In this document: in pieces, positions 17,567 to 24,000 of the stretch
Numbering within the stretch: position 1 is the stretch's first letter
How the letters are laid out: every line of letters begins with the position of its first letter
Assembly (NCBI GenBank): GCA_964574325.1
Contig: CAZNMY010000052.1
Coordinates: 14,769-38,768 of the forward strand
Direction of reading: 5' to 3'
Length of the DNA: 24,000 bases
From: an uncultured Devosia sp.
Lineage (GTDB): Bacteria > Pseudomonadota > Alphaproteobacteria > Rhizobiales > Hyphomicrobiaceae
Program-made: the position numbers and the translations under genes
Notes under the pieces: generated by a model
The model's input: only the letters and a program-made list of their open reading frames with translations
What the model was told of the DNA's origin: nothing
The model's database searches: none

Positions 17567-19348
17567 ATGCTGGATACTGTCGGAACGGATTCCTCTAGCC
17601 GTCAGGCTGCGAGCTACATCGAGGGGGCGATCACGATCGGCACCTTGCTCGCCGAGGCCGATGTGTTCCGAATCCCGAGCTTCTATCAGCGCGACCTCTC
17701 GTGGGGGGCCGGGCAAGCAGAAGATCTCTGGCACGATCTCTCGAAAGGATTGGGGGCGCCCGACGAAGCGCCCGTGCCCCAACTGCTGGGACAAATCGTG
17801 CTCGCCCACGTTCAGGCCGAGGCCGCTGGAAAGGACCGGCGGACGGTCGATATCGTCGATGGCCAGCAGCGACTGACGACGCTTGCCACCCTGCTGTGCT
17901 GCCTGCGTGACCGGATCGAGGATGCGTCACTCGCTCGACGCGTAGCAGGTCTCGTGCTGGCAGGTCGCCCGCTCAATGACGCGGTCGAGGGGCGGATCGA
18001 ACTGCGCACGGGCCTGGCGGAGTTCTATCGATCGTGCGTGCTGGAGCCGGGCTCGACACGGGTGCCCCTCGAAACCGACGCGTTGAAACCGGATCAGCGC
18101 AATCTTGCGGAAATCCGGCAAGCGTTCGTCGATCTTCTCGACGCCGGTCCGATGGCGACCGAGGAGCGCCGCGCAAATCTTGCGCTGCTGGTGCTCGATC
18201 ACTGCCATGTCGCGCGTGTGCTGATGCGTGACGCGCGGACGGCCGCGGAGACCTTCATCCGCATCAATGCGCGCGGCAAGTCCCTACTGCGGACCGACAG
18301 GCTCAAGGCGCACCTCGTGTCGAAGGTGCCGCTGGCCGAACAGGAAGCGCTGGCGGCCCGATGGGACGCCGTCAAGGATCTGCTCGACACCGATTTCGAC
18401 GGCGAGGCCGAGAACCGTAAGTATCTGACGAGCTTCCTGCACGACATCCACGGCAACGGCGGCCGGATCGAGACCACGCTACGCGGTCTCATCGAAACGC
18501 ATGGGGCCGAGAAATTCCTCGCCGACATTCTCGAGCCGACCGCGAAGGCCTATCACAACATCCTGCACAAGAGCTTCGACAGCGGAAAGCTCGGACAGGA
18601 GATCAACGCTTGCCTGCGCTATCTCAACTGGCTGCCGCGCAAGAGCTGGATTGCCCCGGCGCTGAAAGTGATGGCCTCGCACCGCCGCGAGCCACCCAAG
18701 GTTCTCGAGTTCCTCAAGGCGCTGGATCGATACGCATACGGCCTTGCGATCCTCGGCGAACCGCCCAAGAGCGACGAGCGGCGCTACAGCGACATCATCA
18801 TCAGGCTCGAAGGCGCGAAGGATTCGCCGGCGAATGTGCTGAGGTTCGACGACGCCGAACTGAAGAGCATCGGCAACCGCCTTCACTTCTCACTGGGCGA
18901 CGACAACATCAGGTTGGCCAAGATCGTCCTCGTTCGCGCCCACGTCCACGCCACTCTGCTCAAGGAAAAGAAGTCGCGGCAGGCGGGCGTCATTCTCGCG
19001 GGCGAGGACATGCTGGCATCGCACAACGCGATCGAGCATATCCTGCCGAAGAGTGCAGCCCCCGACAGCAACTGGGCAAAGCTGTTCACCGGCGAGGTCG
19101 ACGCGCACTGGAAAATGATCGGAAACCTGTTCGTCGTGCCCGACGACATCGTGGAGCAACTCGGCGACAACTCCTGGCAGGACAAGAAGACGCTGCTGGC
19201 GCAGCATATCGCCGACGATGGCGCCATCCTGCCGTTCGCCGACATGCTGCCGATCGGCTGGGGCAACTGGAACAAGGGTTCCCTGATCGCGCGCCAGAAG
19301 AAGCTGTCGAAGTGCTTCAAGGAGATGTGGGGCTTTCCGGGCGAGTAG
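17567..19348 (+). CDS. DUF262/DUF1524 two-domain nuclease, GmrSD/BrxU-like (type IV restriction / anti-phage family)
   Basis: A GGAG lies 7 nt upstream of ATG 17567. The N-terminal DUF262 (ParB/Srx-like) motifs are FRIPSFYQRDLSW...LWHDL and VDGQQRLTTLATLL (DGQQR codons 17858-17872). The C-terminal DUF1524 His-Me finger motifs are AIEHILPKS (19034-19048) and IGNLFVVPDDIVEQLGDNSWQDKK. Confidence 0.85.
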   Translation: MLDTVGTDSSSRQAASYIEGAITIGTLLAEADVFRIPSFYQRDLSWGAGQAEDLWHDLSKGLGAPDEAPVPQLLGQIVLAHVQAEAAGKDRRTVDIVDGQQRLTTLATLLCCLRDRIEDASLARRVAGLVLAGRPLNDAVEGRIELRTGLAEFYRSCVLEPGSTRVPLETDALKPDQRNLAEIRQAFVDLLDAGPMATEERRANLALLVLDHCHVARVLMRDARTAAETFIRINARGKSLLRTDRLKAHLVSKVPLAEQEALAARWDAVKDLLDTDFDGEAENRKYLTSFLHDIHGNGGRIETTLRGLIETHGAEKFLADILEPTAKAYHNILHKSFDSGKLGQEINACLRYLNWLPRKSWIAPALKVMASHRREPPKVLEFLKALDRYAYGLAILGEPPKSDERRYSDIIIRLEGAKDSPANVLRFDDAELKSIGNRLHFSLGDDNIRLAKIVLVRAHVHATLLKEKKSRQAGVILAGEDMLASHNAIEHILPKSAAPDSNWAKLFTGEVDAHWKMIGNLFVVPDDIVEQLGDNSWQDKKTLLAQHIADDGAILPFADMLPIGWGNWNKGSLIARQKKLSKCFKEMWGFPGE

Positions 19349-19364
19349 CGCGCTCTGCACGTAG

Positions 19365-19418
19365 GTCGGGTCGACCCCGGACGCGTGTAACGCGACCCGG
19401 GGGCTGCCCGACGTTTTT
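19365..19418 (+). terminator. Strong intrinsic terminator after the DUF262/DUF1524 gene
   Basis: A long GC-rich hairpin runs GTCGGGTCGACCCCGGACGCGT-gta-ACGCGACCCGGGGGCTGCCCGAC, about 19 bp with small bulges. It is followed by GTTTTT (19413-19418). Confidence 0.7.
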
Positions 19419-19492
19419 CCCGGATGCCGTGGAAATGTTGGGTCTCGCAGGGCTCGACCCAACCTACGGGTTCGTCCGCCGAGTCGAGCGCG

Positions 19493-20341
19493 CTATGCGA
19501 CTTCCATCAGGATTTCCGCGAGCCGTTGCGGCGCATCTACCATGATGTCGTGGCCGGCTTCCTTGGCCGGGAACTCGAACGTGCGCCAAGATTTATCAGC
19601 TTTGGCAGCGGCCAGATACTTGTCGAAGTTCGGCTGGGCGAATTCGGCTGCACGGATATAAGTCTTCTTCGCGACGCGATCACGGGCGCCCGTCAGCACG
19701 ATCGGCTGCGTGCTCACATTGGTCGGCTGCTTCGTCATCTTGGCCTGAACCCAGGCGATGTTTTTGGGATCGATGACCTTGAACGCCTCGGCCTTCGGTA
19801 TGGGACGGCCGGCCTCGCCCTTGGCGAGCGCATCCTGCAGTGCCTTGCGGAACTGTTCGGAGTTGAGGTCCATGACCCTTTGACCGTTGTCAGGCACGAA
19901 GGCGTCGACAAACACGATCGAGGACACCTGAGGCAGCACCTTCTCGACCGCGCCGGAGATCGGCCAGCCGCCGTAAGAGTGGCCGACGAGGACGGCATCC
20001 TTGATGTCCTCCCACTGGAACAGGTTGACGATGTCGGCGATGTGGGTGTCGAGCGTGATCGATGTCGAGAGCAGATGCGAGCGGTCGGCGAGGCCGGTGA
20101 GCGAGGGTGCGTAGACCTTGTGGCCCTTCGCGCGCAGGATGTCGGCGACCGGTCCCCAGCACCAGCCGCCGTGCCATGCGCCGTGGATCAGGACGAATGT
20201 GCGGCTTTTCGATTGCGCCATCGCGCTGCGCGTGCCTGTCGCGGCCAGGGTGGCGAGACCCGCGCCCGCTGCGGCAGCCTTCAGCGCCATCCGGCGCGAG
20301 AGTGCACTCGTCCCCATTGCGCCATCGCGTTTCTTCGTCAT
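19493..20341 (-). CDS. Tat-exported alpha/beta hydrolase (esterase-like)
   Basis: A GGAGAG lies 6 nt upstream of ATG 20341. The twin-arginine signal is SRRMALKAAAAGAGLATLAATG..AMA. Other patterns are FVLIHGAWHGGWCW and the nucleophile elbow GHSYGG. Confidence 0.85.
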   Translation of the reverse strand: MTKKRDGAMGTSALSRRMALKAAAAGAGLATLAATGTRSAMAQSKSRTFVLIHGAWHGGWCWGPVADILRAKGHKVYAPSLTGLADRSHLLSTSITLDTHIADIVNLFQWEDIKDAVLVGHSYGGWPISGAVEKVLPQVSSIVFVDAFVPDNGQRVMDLNSEQFRKALQDALAKGEAGRPIPKAEAFKVIDPKNIAWVQAKMTKQPTNVSTQPIVLTGARDRVAKKTYIRAAEFAQPNFDKYLAAAKADKSWRTFEFPAKEAGHDIMVDAPQRLAEILMEVA

Positions 20342-20672
20342 GGACGTCTCTCCCTGAGCGTTTGGTTGGTGGGGCAGCATAGGGTGGTGCGCACGAGATT
20401 GCCATTCGATTGCAGGCAGGAAATCGGCGTTCACGCGTTGATCGACGCCGAATGATTTCGAGTCCGACGTGTCTCCCGACTTACTCAGCCCCCGTCATGC
20501 GTCCCCGGCCGAGGCGTGAGCCGAGAGCCGGGGTCCTGCCCCGATATTGTCGGATGCGGCCTTCGACACGATCACGCCGGTGCACAACATAGTCGGGTCA
20601 AGATCCCGGATAGCCGCGCTGAAACGCGGATTCCGGGAAGGCAGAGGCGAGGGAGGACAAATGTCAACGCGA

Positions 20673-22022
20673 TCACTCGGCGGCTTGCGAGCGCGTCTCG
20701 TAGCGGCTGCGGGGGACCTTCAAGCCAAGAGTTTCGCGCAGCGTCTTGCCTTCGTACCGCTTGCGGAACAGGCCGCGGCGCTGCAGCTCGGGCACCACGA
20801 GATCGACGAAGTCGTTCAGGCCATCGGGGAACGTCGGGCAGAGGATGTTGAAACCGTCGCAGCCCCTGGCTTCGAACCATTCCTGCATCCCGTCGGCGAC
20901 GTCAGCGGGCGTGCCCATCAGGGAATGATGGCCGCGTGCGGCGGCGAAATGCTCGTAGAGCTGGCGCAGCGTCAGCTTCTCGCGGCGCGCAAGTTCGATC
21001 ATCATGTCCGAGCGCGAACCGATCTTCGGGTTCGGCGGCAGCTCGGGCAACGGCTCGTCGACGGGATGGCTCGTGAGGTCGAAGCCGATGCGGCGCGACA
21101 GAAGGCCGAGGCCGACCTGCGGATGGATCAGCGACTGCAGCTCGTCGTGCTTGTCCTGCGCTTCGCGGCGCGTCGGTGCGACGGTGACCGACAGCCCCGG
21201 CAGGATCTTGAGGTCGTCGTGGCTGCGGCCGTACTTGGCCATGCGACCCTTCACGTCGTCGTAGAAGGCCTGCGAGACGGCGAGCTGGTTGCTCGCGGCG
21301 AAGATCACCTCGGCGGTTTCAGCGGCGAGTTCCTTGCCGTCCTCCGACGCGCCGGCCTGGACGATGACGGGCTGGCCCTGCGGCGAGCGCGGCACGTTGA
21401 GGGGACCGCGCACCTGGAAATGCGTGCCCTTGTGATCGAGCACGTGCATCTTGTTCCATTCGAAGAATACGCCGGACTCGCGATCCCGCGTGAACGCGTC
21501 CGCGTCCCAACTGTCCCACAGCGCCCTGACGACGGCCACGAACTCCTTGGCGCGCTTGTAGCGCTCCACCTTCGGCAGATGAGCGAGCTGGCTGAAGTTC
21601 AGCGCCTCGGTCTCGTTGCCCGACGTGACGACGTTCCAGCCGCCGCGGCCGCCGGAAACGAGATCGAGAGACGCAAAGCGGCGGGCGATCAGGAACGGCT
21701 GGTCGAACGACGTGCTCGCGGTGCAGACGAGGCCGATGTTCTTCGTATGGGCGGAGAGTGCGGAGAGCAGCGTGAAAGGCTCGATCCAGGCGACGTAATG
21801 CTGCCGGTTCATGCCTTCGCCCTCGGCGGTCCAGGCAGAGTTCGAGTCGGCGGAGAACAGCATGTCGAAGCAGCCGCGCTCGGCCGTCTTCGCCATCTCG
21901 ATGAAGCGTTCGAAATTGGCGCCGGCATCGGCGTGCGTGGTGGGATAGCGCCAGGAGGCGATGTGATGGCCGCAGGGGCGGACGAAGAGGCCCAGGTTCA
22001 TCTGTCGCGGGGAAGTGGCCAT
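20673..22022 (-). CDS. LLM-class flavin-dependent monooxygenase, NtaA/SnaA/DszA subfamily
   Basis: The translation reads MNLGLFVRPCGHHIASWR...FDMLFSADS...EPFTLLSALS...GRGGWNVVTS and is about 449 aa, the length typical of this subfamily. Confidence 0.9.
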   Translation of the reverse strand: MATSPRQMNLGLFVRPCGHHIASWRYPTTHADAGANFERFIEMAKTAERGCFDMLFSADSNSAWTAEGEGMNRQHYVAWIEPFTLLSALSAHTKNIGLVCTASTSFDQPFLIARRFASLDLVSGGRGGWNVVTSGNETEALNFSQLAHLPKVERYKRAKEFVAVVRALWDSWDADAFTRDRESGVFFEWNKMHVLDHKGTHFQVRGPLNVPRSPQGQPVIVQAGASEDGKELAAETAEVIFAASNQLAVSQAFYDDVKGRMAKYGRSHDDLKILPGLSVTVAPTRREAQDKHDELQSLIHPQVGLGLLSRRIGFDLTSHPVDEPLPELPPNPKIGSRSDMMIELARREKLTLRQLYEHFAAARGHHSLMGTPADVADGMQEWFEARGCDGFNILCPTFPDGLNDFVDLVVPELQRRGLFRKRYEGKTLRETLGLKVPRSRYETRSQAAE

Positions 22023-22204
22023 GTGACTGCTGCTCCGTTCAATTCGTCGTGATCGAGCTTTGCGCGATGGTCCGTCAGGCCAGCGGCCGCGTCAATGACA
22101 AGACTGTGTTCTCTGCCCCTCCTGCGTTCTGGACCGGAAGCGTCGGGATTTGACCCCGCCGGGCCAGCGTGGCACTGCTTCGCCTCAGTCCGGAGGACCG
22201 CGCG

Positions 22205-23521
22205 ATGACGATACCGACGTTTGCAGATGCCTTGCAAAGCCGCGCGCGGGATGTGCTCGACAGTTGTACCGCCTGCGGCAAGTGTTTCGATATCTGTCCG
22301 ATGACCGGGCCGGCGGAGCTCGACGGAAACGACGCGCGCGCGGTTACTAGCGCGGTGCGCGCGCTGATCGCGGGCGAGATGGGCTCGGCGGCCGCCGAGA
22401 AGTGGGCGCTAGTCTGCTCGGGCAGCGGCTTCTGCATTCCGGCGTGCCCCGAAAGCGTCAATCCACGTTTCATGCTGACGCTCGCGCGGCTCGCGGTCGC
22501 CAAGCAGAAGAGCGCGGACGAGCAACGCAACACCGGGGCGGTGGCGTTCCGCAAGATGAGCAAATCGGTGCGCGTGCTGTCGCGCCTGCAGATGCCGGCG
22601 GACGTACTCGCGCGGTTCGGCGACGATGCGGTGGACGAGGAACAGGCGGACGTCGTGTTCTATACGGGCTGTAATCTACGCCGCACGCCACACATCGCGT
22701 TGCTGTGCTTCGACATCATGGACCGGCTCGGCATCCGCTACAAAGTGATGGGCGGGCCGCAGATGTGCTGCGGCATCATTCAGCTTCGTTCAGCCGATCT
22801 CACGGTGTCGGAGAACGTGTCGTATCGAACGACAGATCGGTTCGCGGCCGCGCGTCCGCAACACGTGCTGGCGTGGTGCCCGACGTGCCACATCCAGTTC
22901 AGCGAGGTGGTTCTGCCGGGGCGGAAGGCTGCCGAGCCGCAGAAGTTCGGTTTCGAGATGGCGCCGTTCGTCGTGTTTCTCGCCGAGCGGCTGGAGCAGC
23001 TCCGTCCGCATCTGACGCGGCGCGTGGAAAAGCGCGTCGCGCTGCACGAGCATCCGGGCGTCGCGGGCGTGACGGAGAGTGCCGAGAAGCTGTTGCGCGC
23101 GGTGCCGGGCTTGGAACTCGTCGACGCGCAGCAGCCGAGCGTCGGCTACATGTGCAACCAGCTCAACTCGCTGCCGGCCTACAAGCGCGATCTGCACCGC
23201 GAAGTTCTGGAAGCTGCGGCCGCGCTGAAGGTCGATGCGCTCGCGGGCGTCTATCACGTGTGCCATCGCGAGCTGTGCAGCCACGAGCGCGACTGGCCGT
23301 TCGAGGTGGTGAATTTCCTCGAGCTGATCGGGGCGAGCATGGGGATTTCGCGCGAGGATCAGTTCAAGCGGCTGAAGAAGTTGCAGGACGCGGGGAAGAT
23401 TCTGGAAGACGTGGCGGATCTCGCGCGCGAGCATCGTCTGCCGCTCGATCTCGTCGAGGACGTGGTGCTCGGGGATCTGCTCGGCGAGCAGCCGCTGGAA
23501 CTGGGTGCGCGCGCTTCATAG
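22205..23521 (+). CDS. HdrD/GlcF-like iron-sulfur protein with cysteine-rich CCG domains
   Basis: A GGAGGA lies 7 nt upstream of ATG 22205. The first ferredoxin motif is CTACGKCFDICP and the variant second motif is CSGSGFCIPACP. One CCG domain is intact (YTGCNLR...MCCGI) and a second is degenerate. Confidence 0.8.
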   Translation: MTIPTFADALQSRARDVLDSCTACGKCFDICPMTGPAELDGNDARAVTSAVRALIAGEMGSAAAEKWALVCSGSGFCIPACPESVNPRFMLTLARLAVAKQKSADEQRNTGAVAFRKMSKSVRVLSRLQMPADVLARFGDDAVDEEQADVVFYTGCNLRRTPHIALLCFDIMDRLGIRYKVMGGPQMCCGIIQLRSADLTVSENVSYRTTDRFAAARPQHVLAWCPTCHIQFSEVVLPGRKAAEPQKFGFEMAPFVVFLAERLEQLRPHLTRRVEKRVALHEHPGVAGVTESAEKLLRAVPGLELVDAQQPSVGYMCNQLNSLPAYKRDLHREVLEAAAALKVDALAGVYHVCHRELCSHERDWPFEVVNFLELIGASMGISREDQFKRLKKLQDAGKILEDVADLAREHRLPLDLVEDVVLGDLLGEQPLELGARAS

Positions 23522-23525
23522 GTGT

Positions 23526-23622
23526 CGTGGATGGCCGCCTGCGCGGCCATGACGGCGCTTGTTTTGGATCTGACGGACATACGACACCTCCCGTCATGGT
23601 CCGCGAAGGCGGGCCATCCACG
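23526..23622. repeat. Inverted pair of REP-C units
   Basis: CGTGGATGGCCGCCTGCGCGGCCATGACG (23526-23554) and CGTCATGGTCCGCGAAGGCGGGCCATCCACG (23592-23622) are in opposite orientation. They sit between two convergent genes. Confidence 0.85.
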
Positions 23623-23634
23623 ACTCGCAGCAGT

Positions 23635-24000
23635 TCATTGCAAGCCCGGGGCTTCGTAGCCGGTGCGTTCGACGTATTCGACGTAGCCGCCGCCGTATTG
23701 GTGGATGCCCTCGGGGGTGAGCTCGAGCACGCGATTGGAGAGGGCTGCCAGAAAGTGGCGGTCGTGCGAAACGAACAGCATGGTGCCTTCGTAATCGGCG
23801 AGCGCCTTGATGAGCATTTCCTTGGTCGCCATGTCGAGATGGTTCGTGGGCTCGTCGAGCACGAGGAAGTTCGGCGGATCGTAGAGCATCTTGGCCATCA
23901 CGAGCCGCGCCTTCTCGCCGCCCGACAGCACGCGGCACTTCTTCTCGACGTCGTCGCCGGAAAAACCGAAGCAGCCGGCGAGCGTGCGCAGCGAACCTTG
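23635..24000 (-). CDS. ABC-F family ATPase, C-terminal part (gene continues beyond the window)
   Basis: The second-NBD signature and Walker B are LSGGEKARLVMAKML...FLVLDEPTNHLD...LFVSHDRHFL. The frame stays open to position 24000, and the protein ends soon after the NBD (EttA/YbiT-like length class). Confidence 0.85.
   Translation of the reverse strand, partial: QGSLRTLAGCFGFSGDDVEKKCRVLSGGEKARLVMAKMLYDPPNFLVLDEPTNHLDMATKEMLIKALADYEGTMLFVSHDRHFLAALSNRVLELTPEGIHQYGGGYVEYVERTGYEAPGLQ

Noticed and set aside
20660-20672. ATG with GGAGGA-like SD at about 20650-20662 opening the long + strand ORF 20547..22052
   Set aside because: The SD spacing is only 3 nt. The ORF is fully antisense to the well-supported monooxygenase and has a shadow-ORF composition.

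Overview
High-GC, gene-dense chromosomal segment that looks alphaproteobacterial (Rhizobiales or Bradyrhizobiaceae-like). That guess rests on codon style, the gene set and palindromic intergenic repeat families. I support 18 protein genes, all assigned by reading motifs in the supplied translations; no searches were run. They are mostly housekeeping or metabolic: enoyl-CoA hydratase family, extensin-like_C protein, Na+/solute symporter, nitroreductase, HisC-family aminotransferase, ZnuA, two ABC-F ATPases, ADP-forming acyl-CoA synthetase, two-domain extradiol dioxygenase, GST, YmdB-type phosphoesterase, Maf, YacG, Tat-exported alpha/beta hydrolase, NtaA/DszA-type flavin monooxygenase, and an HdrD/GlcF-like Fe-S CCG protein. 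No rRNA, tRNA, CRISPR array, transposase or integrase is visible. The most accessory-looking element is a single-gene DUF262/DUF1524 (GmrSD/BrxU-like) nuclease at 17567-19348. It sits after yacG behind an AT-richer spacer, ends in a strong intrinsic terminator, and is preceded by an untracked 27-codon hydrophobic ORF with a strong Shine-Dalgarno. Two long non-coding stretches deserve RNA-level follow-up. One is 13129-13896, which has promoter-like, micro-ORF and terminator signals. The other is 15571-16163, a GC-rich spacer with no credible ORF. Intergenic regions are crowded with at least three palindromic repeat families, including a 113-bp tandem duplication and a roughly 250-bp nested composite palindrome next to G4-prone G-runs. 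Most long ORFs antisense to the genes above are high-GC shadow ORFs and are rejected.
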